A stretch of 64,000 nucleotides of DNA from Octopus sinensis (Eukaryota), in the NCBI RefSeq assembly GCF_006345805.1, contig NC_043003.1:51460001-51524000 (forward strand), read 5' to 3'. The notes below the pieces were generated by a model. That model saw only the letters and a list, made by a program, of their open reading frames with translations. It made no database searches and was not told where the DNA came from. The position numbers and the translations under genes were made by a program. This document shows positions 38,506 to 52,915 of this stretch, in pieces; the first letter of the stretch is position 1; each line of letters starts with the position of its first letter.

Positions 38506-40169
38506 CTAGAAGTACACCAAGTCATAGAAATATGAATTTTTAAACAGAGAAAAAAACATCAGAAAAAGAAATTTTTTTTTTTAAATGAATATCTGAATGA
38601 AGAAAATTTCGAACTAAAATAGAATCTAAAATATAAAAAAATCTTTAATGTCACAGACTGTGACCATGCTGGTGTTCCAACTTTAAAAGTTTTGATTAGT
38701 GAAACAAGCTGACCAAAAAGAACATGCAAGATCCATTTTGTGAGAGATGTCTAACCAAACATCACCATTATCATTTAACATCTGCTTTCCATGCTGATAT
38801 GAATTAGATGGTTTGCTAGGAGTTGACCAGCTGAAGGTCTGTTCAGGCTCCCTGTCTGTTTTGGTATGGTTTCTACAGCTGGATGCTCTTCCTAACGCCA
38901 AACATAAACTTCAACAGTGCTGAAAGAGGTATCATGCTGCCACAGGTATACAAATGATCAAAGTCCAACCATACAAAACAACCCAGTCAAAAATAATTTC
39001 TCAACACAGGGGAGAATAAAAAAAAAAAACATTTGTCAAGTATCATGTTTGGCAGAGGTACTCAGCAGATGTGTACAAGAACATAACAGTGTACTTAGAA
39101 TATGGGAAAGAGTGTCATACACTTTCAGAGAATCATGGAATGGTAAAGACAGTACCCAAGCCGGAATTGCACTGTAGTCACAAAGAAGCTGACATCTGGA
39201 TACTTCGTCATGAAGCATCTTCATCAGCCAAAACCATCATCATCCACATCAGTTCCACTGACAAAATTATTAGGAAGTTCATTTCACAATCATGAGGCTT
39301 TATTTTGATTACACAGGGTTGCACCTCAGTAAACATTACTGTTTATAGCCACAGATTGACCTATAACTTGTGATTGAAACTAAGCAGACAGAGACTGATG
39401 AACTGTACCTGTAATTCACACAGACATGCTAATTATGCTAAGGTTACAAGTATCTGTAGTTTACTCTGCCACTTATATGCTAATCCAGTGAGGTTTAATA
39501 GTTTAGTTGATCAAACAATGAACACAACTGGAAATTCTGACCAAGGTCGATATTTTTTTTTTGGGGGGGGGGGGAGGTTATAAAGAGAATGGATACTAAT
39601 GTGCTCATTATTAGCAAGGGATGTGCACAGAAGAGGTGCCATAAACTTGACATCAAGTCCCTTTACAGTCAGCATGGCTTTGGTGTTAATTTGGCCTTGG
39701 TTTGATTCAATGTATTCACCAGAATTGATTTTATAAATGGATTCTTTGAGAAAGGAAAGAACAAAACCTTCAAATTAGTAATCAAGCATGAATGGTACAT
39801 ACACGTTTTTCAAAATGTGTATGTAACATGTATATTATGCATTCCACCTGACAACTTGGTCCATTGTAAGAAGCAATTGTATGTCGTACCATATGTATGA
39901 TGAGAAGAAAACATTACATATTAGTGTCACCTGGTATGACATATTCCAACATGGTATACATAAAGAAGAGTCACTTCCTCCAAACAAAGAACTCATAATG
40001 CATGCTAATTATCAAGTAGGTGTATTTTGTCAGAAGCTTCTTCCCAAATGCAATTTGGTTGTTGAATGAAACTAAAAACCCCATAAGATGAAAAGTATTC
40101 CTTTACTAGACAAAAAAAAACCCCACAAAATTTGTAAAGAAATGTTAATATAGAAATGGTATACTAGGT

Positions 40170-40563
40170 GTTTTGACCAGAAGAGAATTAATGCATTCGA
40201 GCTTTGGTGTTGGAGAAGACTTTTACGGATTCCATGGACAGCGAGGCTCACCAATGGAGAAGTTCTTAAGCAGATCAGGCCGAAAATGTCGCTAGAAGCT
40301 AGGATCACCAAGCATAGATTGGCATATTTCGGTCATATTATGTGGAGAAAATCCCTGGAGAAGGACATCATGCTCGGAATGGTCAGTGGCAAGAGAGGAA
40401 GAGGCCGACCAAGAACCCGCTGGCTTGACACCATCAAGAGTGATACCAGAATGGACATAGCCAATCTGAAAGAAGCGGCCCAGGATAGAACTGACTGGAG
40501 GACACTGATCAAACGAGTAACCAAGAGTCGACTTCGACTGAGCGGATAGATAGATAGATACTA
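40170..40563 (+). mobile_element. RTE-clade LINE 3' fragment
   Basis: WRRLLRIPWTAR...RLAYFGHIMW...GKRGRGRPRTRWLD...QDRTDWR followed by a (GATA)n tail. Confidence 0.9.
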
Positions 40564-41016
40564 GGTGTACCATCCATTAACAAGGGGTTTCATTAACTAT
40601 ACATTAAAAAAAAACTGTTTTGCATAATAATAAATAGTTGATGTACCATTGGTTAATACATATTTTTGTCAACTACATGCTACAAAAATCAGTGAGCATC
40701 AACTGTATTTGGGGAGACTGAAAGTTTTCATTTGGGGTGTGTATATACAAACTAGTCCATGACAATTTTAGGTTATCTACCACCTGTTACACAAAAATGT
40801 GTGATAGATTATATAAATGGTACATGGCCTATGACAAGTCAATTAGCAATGACAGCTGAGGTGTTGACATTCATAGTGTTCCTACTATTGCTAAAGTTAG
40901 GGGGTGACAATACTGAGATGAAGGATGCTACTGTGGAGTTTAGTAAATCCTTAAATTACCAAAAATTTCACGCTACCTCTAATGAGGACAATACCATTAA
41001 CATAAAGTTTACTTAC

Positions 41017-42037
41017 GAGGTAGACAAACTGGTCATCACCAAATATTTCTTGACAGGTCGAAGGTTCCTTGTAATCAGAGACACAGTAATAGGGAAGTCA
41101 AGTTTCCTTCGCTTGACTCTGGGCCCAAGAGTTTGGTCATCTGAGATAATAGTCTCTGACTGGTCCAAGCAAGAGGTAGATGTCTGTTGCAACTCTCTGA
41201 TTTGTTTCTCTTTCTCAATTTCCTTCTGTTGTGACTCCATCTCCCAAGCTTTACTCTCTTGAGAATCATCAAAACTTCCCGCACTCTTCCATGACAACAA
41301 GGAAGATAGGTTGTTTGAGCTTTCTGTGTTTCCATTTACCAATACTTCCTCCTGCTTTACAGTGAAACTAGATATGTTAGTACCTACATCATCAGTTCTA
41401 TAAGATGGAATGTTAGCATTTGATAAACTAGTTGTTTTAGATGAGGCATGCTCTTCATCACTAATACCAAGTATATGCATTGTCTCTCTGTGAGCAAATT
41501 TCCGTCTAGAAATCCTCTGAGATCTTTTGTAGCTAGTCAAACTTGTGTCACAGTCACTTGATAGTAATGGACTAGTCAGATTTTCAATAGGACTGTTACT
41601 GAAAATATCGGCTTCCTTGAAGACAGTACTGCCCACATTCACAGTACCATCCTCAGGAACATCACTAATATCTGGAGAGGAATTTTCAGCAGATTTCACA
41701 TCTAATGATGAAGACATAATGGAACAGGAAATCGATGACTTCATTGGTGAACCTGGACTGACATTTACTTTGGCATTTTGATCCAGTTGATCGACTTCAC
41801 TTACTGCTTTAGGATTCTGTTTCGTGCCATTTAAAACGTCGAGTTGATTTGGCAGACAAATAAGATTGGATGACTTGGTGGGAACAAAAGACATTTGATT
41901 ACTGATAGAGAGATAAGATGCTGAAGCTAAACTGTCCTGTTGAGTGGAGCCATCAGAATTATGTAGCTTAAAACACTCAGTCTTCAACATTTCTTTGTCT
42001 TCAGAAGGGCTGCTGTTCTCTACATCAGAACCATCAT
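41017..42037 (-). CDS. MCPH1: Microcephalin large central exon (Ser-rich linker) ending RPVKKYLVMTSLST
   Basis: 1021-nt open exon containing the 325-aa ORF; LVMTS marks the start of BRCT2; acceptor ttattctttgtag|, donor TC|GTAAGT. Confidence 0.92.
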
Positions 42038-42267
42038 CTACAAAGAATAAAACACAGTTTATTAGAAATTATTATTAAGGTGGCGAGCTGGCTGAATTGT
42101 TAGCATGCTGGATGAAATGCTTAGCGGTATTTTACCCATTACTATGTTCTGAGTTCAAATTCCACTAAGGTCGACATTGCCTTTCATATTTTCAGGGTCG
42201 GTAAATTAAGTACCAGTGAAACACTGGGGTTGATGTAATCAACCTATCCTCTCCCCAAAAATTTGAA

Positions 42268-42313
<46 letters not shown>

Positions 42314-42314
42314 A

Positions 42315-42346
<32 letters not shown>

Positions 42347-44725
42347 CAAGAGTGGTGAGCTGGCAGAATCATTAGCATACTGGGCAAAATGCTTAGTGGC
42401 ATTTCGTCCATCTTTACATTCTGAGTTCAAATTTTGCCAAGGTCAACTTTGCCTTTCATGCTTTCAGGGCTGAAGAAATAAGTACCAGTCAAGCACTGGG
42501 GTCGATGTAATTGACTTACCCAACCCCTAAAATTTCAGGCCTTGTGCCTACAGTAGAAAGGATTATTATTATTATTGTCATTAGTATCTTCTTTCAATTC
42601 TATTTCCATTTCTAGCTGAGTGTCTTTCTGACACCTAGGGCAGAGAAACGTACTGTATACACAGGTAGGCCATTAAAACAAACACACAAATAATTTTCAG
42701 TTCCTTTTTTCGCCGCCGCCGCCACCACCACCACCTTCATCTTCATCACCATCATCATCATCATCACCAGCAGGAGTAGTAGTAATAGTAGTAGTAGCAG
42801 TAGCAGCATTATTATTATTAATATTATTGTTGTTATTATTATTAAGGAAGAGAGCAGGCAGAGCTGATAGAAAGCTGAACAAAATGTTTTGCGGCATTTC
42901 TTCCAGCTTTATGTTCTAAATTCAAATTCTCCCAAGTGCCAAGGTTGACTTGACCTTCCATTCTTTCAGGGTCTATAAAACAAGTACCAGTTGGATACTG
43001 AGGTTGATGCAATAGACTGAACAATATCCATAACTATATGTGCATCCCAGGATTTTGTTTAAGACCAAAGTCAAGGTAACCAATGTGCTGACCTAAGGAA
43101 TCAGACAGGAGAGATAATAATACTGGAAGAATATAGAGAAATAACAGAACTCAAGCTCACACCTACTCCAAGAGAACCAAATGGGAATGTCACTAGAGTT
43201 CCCTATGCTGGTTATTTTGGAGAAATTTCCTTATTACTTTTATTTCACACAGTGTCAGCAGACACAGGTGGTCATCAAAAGTAGAAAAACTAATTGTTTA
43301 CATTCGTGGTACACCAAACCACTTCAAAGCTTACTGCACCACAGAAGATGAGAGCTGAATGCCACCTTCTGTGACCTTGGCTGCAGCAATCACACCAGTG
43401 ATTATTGCAGCAACTGCAACCACATCATCATTATAAGCATTCAAATCATTTAACGTCCGTTTTCTATACTGGCATGGGTTAGATGATTTGACAGGAGCTG
43501 GCAAGCCACAAGAATGCACCAGGCTTCACTGTCTGCTTTGGCACTGTTTCTACAGCTGGATGCCCTTCTTAATGCCACTAATAAAAAACAACAGCAATAA
43601 CTTCTACTACAGCCACCTTTAAAGAAGAGAACATCAAGTTACTTAAGATGATGTGAACCTTATATCAGCAAAAACACACATACACATATAAGATGATGTT
43701 AGACATAATAATGGGTTTATGTTTTATCTTTCACTTCCTTCAGTCATTAGACTTTGGCCATGCTGGAGCACAGCCTTGAAGAATTTCTTAACTAAATAAA
43801 TCAACACCAACACTTAGTTTTTTTAAGCATGGTACTTATTCTATAGTTATCTTTTTGCCAAACTGCTAAGTTATGAGGATGTAAACAAACCAACGCTGGT
43901 TGTCAAGTGATGGTGGTTGGGGGGGGGGGGGGAAACACAATGACACATATACACACATGTATGACTAACTTCTTTTAATTTGTCTACCAAATCCACTCAC
44001 AAGGCCCTAGGCTGTAGAAGAAGACCCTTTCCCAAGGTGCCATGCAGTGGGACTGAACCCAGAACCATGTGGTTGGGAAGCAAACTTTTTAAATCACATC
44101 CATTTCCATTTACCAAATTTCACACACAAAGTATTGGTCAACATTAGGTTACATTTGAAGACACATGCACAGGCTGCTATGCAGATGCAGTAGTATTGAA
44201 CAAAGAACTATCTGGGTGCATATTATGTGTATCATGTGAAATATAATGTACAGTACAAAAACCAGTTTTTTTATAGAACACAATCCCCAATGATCCCACA
44301 TATACAGGAGTCACTGCCTATATAGGACACAATCTTTTACATAAAAGCAGCATCACTAACATATGATGAAGCACCCATGTCTACAATAAATCATCGTCAT
44401 CGTCATTTAACGTCCGTTTTCCATGCTGGTATGGGTTGGACAGTTTGATTGGTGTTGGACAGGCAGAGAGCTGCACCAGGCTCCAATTATGTGTTTTGGT
44501 TTGGTTTCTACAGATGGATGTCCTTTCTAACACCAACTATTTTACAGAGTGTATTGGGTACTTTTTACTTGGCACTGACACCAGTGCTATTTATGAGGCA
44601 TGATGAACAGAACAGTATTCTCAGCATATAGAAAAACAAATTCACACAGGGAGCAGTGTTTCACATGAAGAAGAACAGTACAAAGAAGGAGATGTACCTA
44701 GTTAAAGGGACTGTATTATACTTAC

Positions 44726-44770
44726 TGAAGACCAGTTTCTGGAAAGAACGATGGCAAATAGGGGTGTCAT
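44726..44770 (-). CDS. MCPH1: Microcephalin 45-nt exon: DDTPICHRSFQKLVF
   Basis: Long pyrimidine tract ttttttttctctcttccag|, donor TCA|GTAAGT; phase 1 to 1. Confidence 0.75.
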
Positions 44771-46628
44771 CTGGAAGAGAGAAAAAAAAGACAATAGAAA
44801 GATTATCTTAATTTACAACAATATCAACACTGAAGACAGGCTTAAAGGATATATACACACACATACAGACACTTAAACACATGCACACACATACAGATAC
44901 ATACATACATTTCATTTCTTAGAATAAGTGTTGGGTACCAATAGACCACCCTCACCTAACTATATCTAACAGAACCACCTAATAAATGTGCATACACATA
45001 AACTAACTCTCAAATCTTCATGCATACACATATATACATACACATGACCCACCCTCCATATCATCATCATCATCGTTTAATGCCTGTTTTCCATGCTAGG
45101 ATGGGTTGGATGGTTCGACCGGGGTCTGGGAAGCCAGGATGCTGCACCAGGCTCCAGTCTGATCAGGCAGTGTTTCTACAGCTGGATGCCCTTCCTAATG
45201 CCAACCACTCCGTGAGTGTAGTGGGTGCTTTACACGTGCCACTGACACAGGTGCCAGGGGAGGCTGGAAACAGCCACAATCAGCAGGTGCTTTTTATGTG
45301 CCACCGGCACGGAAGCCAGTCAAGGCGGTGCCAGCATCGCCACGTTCGGATGGTGCTTTTTACGTTCCACTGGCACAGGTATCACAACTACAATTTCCAT
45401 TTGATTTTGATTTTATATATATATATATATATCAGAGAGAGAGAGAGAGAGAGAGCAAGTGAGAAATGGGACTTAAAACAAAAATATTCAAGTAGAAACT
45501 AGAAATAAATTGAGCAAACATGCTCCATTGGATATATGAGGTTAGTGTGCATGAATAACAGAACAAAAATAAACTAAGAAAAAACCTGAATATTAGAGGA
45601 ATTGGATGTTGTATGCAAAAGAGATGACTGTTCTGTTACAAATGAGTGATGCCTATGAAAAATGACAATTGGGTAAAACACCAAGAGCTCAAAGTGAATG
45701 TAATCTTTGGTAAAAACTGATCTCAAGAAACTGAAACTCACAACAGAAATGACAGAACCATGATGAATGGTGCTAGAGAAGACCCACCCATTGGTGCACG
45801 CATGGCCAAACTGTTATTAAAATAGTCATCGTGGCGATGGAGACCAGAATGCATAATATCTACTTGTTAATAATATACCATGCTTAGTGTTCTGGTTTTC
45901 TCTAAAACGCTAATGAAGAATGATTGAGAGAGCTGTGCAAGCCACATTCATAGATAATGTCAGTAACAAGTTTAGGGAGGAATTTAACATGCATGTAGGT
46001 GTTCATAGGTGTTGGTTTTCAGTTTCATCATATTTATAATAGCTTAATAGCTCTCCTGTTGATAAACAGTAATAAACGAAAATGGAAATTGTAGCTGTGA
46101 TACCAGTGCCGGTGGCATGTAAGAGAACCATCCGAACATGGCCGTTGCCAGCGCCGCCCCGACTGGCCTCCATGCCGATGGCACGTAAAACACCATCCGA
46201 TCGTGGCCGTTTGCCAGCCTCGTCTGGCACCTGTGCAGGTGGCACATAAAAAGCACCCACTACACTCTCGGAGAGGTTGGCGTTAGGAAGGGCATCCAGC
46301 TGTAGAAACACTGCCAGATCAGACTGGGCCTGGCGCAGCCTTCTGGCTTCCCAGACCCCAGTTGAACCGTCCAACCCATGCTAGCATGGAAAACGGACGT
46401 TAAACGATGATGATGATGACATAAACACAAATATATAGACATAGTTACAAAACACACATAGAGCAGGAAACAACATAAACTTGAAAACAGTCTGACTAAT
46501 TAAACTAGAAACAGAAGTTGCTGTCACAAAACAGCTTTTGTATGCAGTTACAGTTCACGGAAATATCAGTTAGAGACATGGCAAGAATGGAATAATAATA
46601 AAGTTATATGAGAAACACAAACACATAC

Positions 46629-46704
46629 CTTGGCTTCGGTTGTATTCAAGGAGTCTTTCCTTCATGCTCGGGGGTGTAGTTAAACGGGGTACATTTTGTT
46701 TGAA
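46629..46704 (-). CDS. MCPH1: Microcephalin exon: FKQNVPRLTTPPSMKERLLEYNRSQ
   Basis: Acceptor tttattttccag|, donor AAG|GTATGT; phase 0 to 1. Confidence 0.8.
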
Positions 46705-46899
46705 CTGGAAAATAAACATCATTTTCAATTAACGATCCTTCTTAATCTTTTGAACAAACAATAACATCAAGGGAGCCACTATGTGGTTATATGATATGCT
46801 AAAAATAGCACCCAAATATCACTCAAATCCTATCCATCTTTAAAAAACATAGAATAATGCAGTCCTAGATACACTGTGTGTAAGAAACAAGAACAATTT

Positions 46900-47192
46900 G
46901 GATCTATTCCATCTCAATCACAGATTTTTAATTAATTTTTTGTAACTAAACAGTTTGAAACTTTGAATACTAGTAGAATTTCTCACATAGAACACAGTTT
47001 ACTCTGAACGTTTTTGACAAAATTTCCTATTCTAGAAGTTATTTCATGTTAAAGTTGTCATATTTAGGTAATTTCAACCAATCTATGTGTGTTTTGTAAC
47101 TGTATGTGAGAAGTTCTATCAGTATTCGAAGTTTCAAACAGTTTAGTTAAAAAAACTAATCAAAAAATCTGTGATTGAGATGGAATAGATCC
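46900..47192. mobile_element. MITE with long TIRs (GGATCT termini) and a decayed 8-bp TSD
   Basis: ggatctattccatctcaatcacagattttt / aaaaatctgtgattgagatggaatagatcc; flanks aacaattt vs aacgattc. Confidence 0.8.
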
Positions 47193-48655
47193 AACGATTC
47201 AAAGCTAAATACCCTTGACCCTTGGTCTGATATACTGGAACTGACTTCGGACTAAATAACATCTAAAATCATTGAATCGTACAATGACAAACACCATTTT
47301 AATATATTTATCTAGTTATTTATTGAGACTTAGTCCATACATCTAACAACTTCCACAGTGAACAAGGGACACAAATCTGCTTACTCCAATGTAATTAACT
47401 TATCCCCTCCCCCTACAAAAAGTAGTGTCCTCTATTACTTTACGCTTCAATGGTTAATGGATGGAAAGCTATTTATCAAGTTCTCAAAGTAATTGTTTTA
47501 ACAAATTGGTAATGAAAATTTTATGTAAAATAGCAAAAAAAAAAAAAATCACAAATTTATGGTAAACAGCCTGTCAAATATATGAATGTGTGTGTTTGCA
47601 TTTGTCGCGTGCTACTGCTTGACATCTAGTGTTGGTTTTTGTTACATCCCCATAAAAGAACCAATAGAAAAAGTATCAGCCTTAAAAACAAGTATGGGGT
47701 CGATTTGTTTAACTAAACCCTTCAAAGCAGTGCCCTAGAATGGCCATAGTCCAATGACAGCAATAAGTAAAAGATATTGTATACAACACAAACAAGCTGG
47801 CGAAATGCTGAGCGGTATTTCGTCTGCCGCTACGTTCTGAGTTCAAATTCCGTCGAGGTCGGCTTGGTCTTTCATCCTTTCAGGATCGATTAAATAAATA
47901 CCAGTTATGCACTGGGATCGATGTAATTGACTTAATCCATTTGTCTGTCCTTGTTTAGCCCCTTGTGGGCAATAAAGAAATAACAAACTTTTATTTTGTC
48001 TTTCTGAGTAGAAGAGAATACAGTTGGTTATACAGGCATTTGTTCTTGCCTGATGGTTTATTTTATCAGCCCCCAAAAGACCTAAAGCAATGCCGACCCC
48101 ATTCTGAGTTTAAGATTGCAACTAAACATGATCTACTGATATGACTATTTCCTACTCCAGCAGAAATGACAGAAGTCACTCAAACAAAACACATATACAT
48201 GTAAAGTAGTTACACCTATAACCTTCAGGCCTCACAAGTAGTCATACCTATAACCTTTGGGCTTCATAGAGGCAATACAAATAACCAAGACCCTTGGCAT
48301 ATGCTGTGCTTGAGAAGACCCATCAAGCCCAATAAAATCGTAGTCATGGCAGATACTGGTGTCACATAACTGGCACCCATGCCAGTGGAACATAAAAGCA
48401 CCCAGCACACGGTAAAGTGGTTGGCATTAGGAAGGGCATCCAGCCATAGGAACAATGCCAAATCAGACTGGAGTCTGAGGCAGCCCCTCAGCTTACCAGC
48501 CCTGATCAAACCGTCCAACCCATGCCAGCATGGACAACAGACATTAAATGATGATGATGATGATGATGATGATAATCACTGAGGAACAGAAATGATCAAA
48601 ACAAGCATGAAATAAGAAAACAGAAAATAGAGCAAAAAGAAATACTTATACTTAC

Positions 48656-48802
48656 ATCTGAGACAGGCGTGAAATAAACATCACTCAGACTAGAATTTTG
48701 TTGCTCATTTGTTTTATGAGAACGCTTCCTTCGACGACGGCATCGCTGGGAACTGTCTTCAAACTCCTCATTCAAGTTCTTGGGCTGCATGGATCGAAAC
48801 TT
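48656..48802 (-). CDS. MCPH1: Microcephalin exon: KFRSMQPKNLNEEFEDSSQRCRRRRKRSHK...VYFTPVSD
   Basis: MQPK motif is conserved in MCPH1; acceptor cattttacag|, donor GAT|GTAAGT; 147 nt. Confidence 0.9.
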
Positions 48803-49842
48803 CTGTAAAATGTATATATACATATAAATATATTTGCTTGCATGCATGGGTGGGTAGATACAAACACACACACACAAGAGCATGCAAAAAAGATGTTGTG
48901 AATGTGGTACATTTCAATTTTAAGAATTTTTGCTCAAACAAAAAGAAAAATAGGTTTGTGTGGGAAGATATAAGTTAATGAAGATAAACTGTGGGAATGA
49001 TTTTGGAAAGTAACAGAAAGTAAGGAAGGGAGGACAAGCAGGAAAGAAGGAATATAGAAGAGGGAGAAGAGGAAGCTTCTCGGAATGGATTTTTCTGTCT
49101 AAAATTCTAACAGATTTTATTAGAGAAATATATCTGTGTATATAAGACCACATGGACTTCTCAGTATAGTCAGACTTGTGAACAACAAGTCCAACATTTT
49201 TTAATGCTTGCACGGAAAAAGAACATTAAAACAATGATGATTTTCTATGGTTGGATGGCTTCCAAGCAAGGCAAATATTTCATGGCCAGACATGTTTTTG
49301 GAGAACACTGGAAATGAATGACACTGCTTGCATGATAGTGACACTCATTTACAGCTACCATGTAAGGCCAAAACAAAGAGACAAAACATGCACATAAGTA
49401 TATACACATAAGTGTATATAACCTGCACATACAGTAAGATTCTTTCAGTTTCTGTCTGCAAAATCCCCACAGGTCTACTGTAAAAATCCCTCACCCAAGT
49501 TGCCAACTTATTAAGCATAGCCATGCCTGTATCTATACATATATATAAATATTTAATGTCCCTTTTACTGTAGTGACAGAGATTGGATGTTTTGACAGGA
49601 ACCAACTAGTCAGAGGGCTGCTTTGGCATGGTTTCTACAGCTGGACTCCCTCCCTAACACCAACCACTTTACAGAGTGTACTACTGGAAGATTTTTTTGT
49701 GGCACCAACTTTAGGGAAGCCACCAAGTACTCAAAGGATAAGACCCTTCACGTGAGAGGTGTATAGTACTGAAGGTTGTGAATGTATGATAGAGGAACAG
49801 GAATGAGTGCCTTGTTGAAGAAATAAATACACAGCTTCCCCA

Positions 49843-49881
<39 letters not shown>

Positions 49882-50435
49882 CAGACAGAGATAGATAGAG
49901 AGAGGCAGGTGGGGTACATATCCTCAAGGTACAAAGTGAATAAAAGAAAGAGTTTAGGGATAGAGAAACAAAAAAAAAGTGAATAGGAAAGTAAGTGCAT
50001 TAGAGTATATGAAAAGAAAGTGATAGAAGATTAGAAATGGGCAGTTTGGGGGAAGGAAATACGAGTGGGTCAGGGTGGCAGAAGAGATGATAAAGGACAG
50101 TAGTAGGGATACAATGTGAAGTGTAGGGAGATAGATGGTATCATTTACAGCATTTGAGTAAGTAGTACCACAGTTAGAAGATTGAAGGGATGAGTATAAG
50201 ATGGAGGGAGGTTTGACAGGACCCCAGTTTTGCTGAGATGGACAAAGCAGTTTACTGACCACTGACAACCACACTCCTACTCCCAATTATATCTGAGTCA
50301 AGCAAAAGTAAAAAGGGCAGTAATAGCCAATGAGAAGTTCTAGTTTGGAAATGAAAACAGAATTGAAAACCAAAACAACACAACCCACAAAAATATGCAT
50401 AGTTACCTTGGTTGTTTCTTGGGAAATATACTAAC

Positions 50436-50514
50436 AATTTCTGCTTCCAATATATTACGTGGTGTGCTGACAAGGAATGTCTCTTCATCTGCATGCTGTA
50501 GGCTTCTTTTGCAA
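50436..50514 (-). CDS. MCPH1: Microcephalin exon: SCKRSLQHADEETFLVSTPRNILEAEI
   Basis: Acceptor tttctttgctttag|; ends BRCT1 (cf. human CRTAGAHIDESLF). The in-frame donor is ATT|GTTAGT; a competing donor at 50407 is out of frame. Confidence 0.8.
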
Positions 50515-51122
50515 CTAAAGCAAAGAAACAATGCATTAAAAACAGTGAAAGCAAACAAAAATTTACAAGTAGAATTTCATTAGGACCTCATATCACTACA
50601 TATAACTATGATTATCATTGTTGTGGTTTAGTCAAAGACATTCAAGCCATAACAATCCTGTCTTTTTCCAGAGTGACATGTCCCTGGGACCACATTGTAG
50701 ATAGATGATATTATTTTCTAAGATGGTTAGGTATGATTTAAAAGACTCAGCTGTTTTTTTTTCTAGCAAGTCAAGTGACCATACAGATATTCCCTCAGGT
50801 CAAAGCATCATGGTCACACAAGTGAGGTTGTTCATTTCCAGTCTTCCATGAAAAACATATCTGGTTATGGGATTGGAAACAGGTGAGGGTTGGTGACAGG
50901 AAGGCTCCAGTCTGATCTGGCAGTGTTTCTACAGCTGGATGCCCTTCCTAACACCAACCACTCCAAGAGTGTAGTGGGTGCTTTTTATGTGCCACCGGCA
51001 CAGGAGCCAGTCAGATGGGCCTGGCATCGATCACGTTTGGATGGTGCTTTTTACGTGCCACCAGCACAGGAGCCAGTCTAGGGTCACTGGTATCAGCCAG
51101 GTTCAAATGATGCTTTTTATGT

Positions 51123-51202
<80 letters not shown>

Positions 51203-52331
51203 TATATAGACGACTGGCTTCTTTCAGTTTTTGTCTGCCAAATCCACTCACAAAGCTCGGGATGGCAGAATCATTAGTATGCCGGGCAAAATGCTTAGCG
51301 GTATTTTGTCTTGCTGTTAGGTTTTGGGTTCGAATTCCACCAGGGTCGACTTTGCTTTTCATCCTTTCGAGGTCAATAAAATTAGTACCAATTCTGTACT
51401 GGGAATCCCTTCCCCCAAAATTTAAGGCCTTGTGCTTCCAGGAGAAAGGATTTATTAAAGTTGAAAAAGTGTGACACACTGGCATTCTCATTTATCATAT
51501 TAGATATGTTTAATTTTGGGAAAACTTTATTTAAGTATGTACTTTATATAAGTGTGTGTGTGTATTAAAGAAAGCAAAAAATAAAACAAAAATGAGTGTT
51601 CAGTATGTTGGCAACAGGAATTTCTGTCAAAGAGACATGGTTAAACAAAGTCATACATCATCTCCCTCTTTTTCTTACGTGCCTAATCTTTCTCTCTCTT
51701 TTATTATTACTCCCACTGCCACCATCAACACTACTACTTTTAATAAAACATCAACTCTCCCTAAATTTCTTTCTTTCTTTCTCTGCCTTTGCCACTGCCC
51801 TCACCATCTCTATGCCTACTATTATTTAGGACTATCATTGAATAGTGAGAGAGGGGGTCTAAGTGTGACACACTGACACACAGAAATTAGTTTCCACATT
51901 TATTATATTAGATGTCAACTTTCCATGCAGGCGTGGTATGATGGTTTTATGGGATTCAATGAGCCATGACCAGCTCTAATGTCTCGTTTTTGATATGGTT
52001 TCTACAAGTGGATACCCTTCTTAACACCAACCACTTTACAGAGTGGAACTGAGCGTAATTTTTCATGGCACACATACCCATAAATCTCCGTATCAAATTT
52101 TTTTAGGACAAGGCCAGCAATTTAGGGGAAGGGGATAAGTCGATTACATCGGCCCCAGTGCTTAACAGGTACTTATTTTATTGACCTCAAAAGGATGAAA
52201 GGCAAAGTTGACCTCAGTAGAATTTGAACTCACAACATATAGACAGATGAAATACCGCTAAGCATTTTGCCTGCCATGCCAACGATTCTGCCAGCTTGCA
52301 ACCTTACACATACCCATGAACATTAACTCAC

Positions 52332-52536
52332 CTATCCACCCACAAAACCGACACCAGTGGGATACCAAGCTTCTTGGCACGGTCCCATGTTCGTTTGGTT
52401 CCATCTTTGAATATAACATGGGTGACTTCTTTATTTAGCTTAGGTGAAATGCGGGCACCTAGTTTCTCCAGTTCTATGGCGACTTCTCTACTGCGATTCT
52501 CATTTTTGGACCTCACTTCCACATAAGCCACCACTT
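52332..52536 (-). CDS. MCPH1: Microcephalin exon, N-terminal BRCT: EVVAYVEVRSKNENRSREVAIELEKLGARISPKLNKEVTHVIFKDGTKRTWDRAKKLGIPLVSVLWVD
   Basis: Strong match to the MCPH1 BRCT1 pattern (VVAYVEV...THVIFKDG...TW...VSVLWV); acceptor ttttgttgcag|, donor AG|GTGAGT. Confidence 0.95.
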
Positions 52537-52669
52537 CTGCAACAAAAAAGAATAGAAAATATGGTGAAAGATAATGTGTATACATACACACAAACACACA
52601 TAGAGCATATTGTGTTTATTAATGGTGTAGTTAACAGATGTCGCAATGAGTAGTTATAACTGTTATGGC

Positions 52670-52915
52670 TAACAGGTACTATTGTGCCGTTTACCTTTGT
52701 AGTTTACAGGTGTCACTGTGCTGTTTATAACTGCAGTAGTTAACAGGTGTAACTGTGCTGTTTATAACTGCAGTTAACAGGTGTCACTGTGCTGTTTATA
52801 ACTGCAGTAGTTAACAGGTGTAACTGTGCTGTTTATAACTGCAGTAGTTAACAGGTGTTACTGCGCTGTTTATAACTGCAGTAGTTAACAGGTGTCACTA
52901 AAGCAGTTAACAGGT
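52670..52915. repeat. 37-bp minisatellite, ~5-6 copies
   Basis: Unit gttaacaggtgt(a/c)actgtgctgtttataactgcagta. Confidence 0.9.

Noticed and set aside
40759-41262. 167-aa + strand ORF
   Set aside because: Mostly antisense to the MCPH1 large exon; no independent splice or homology support.
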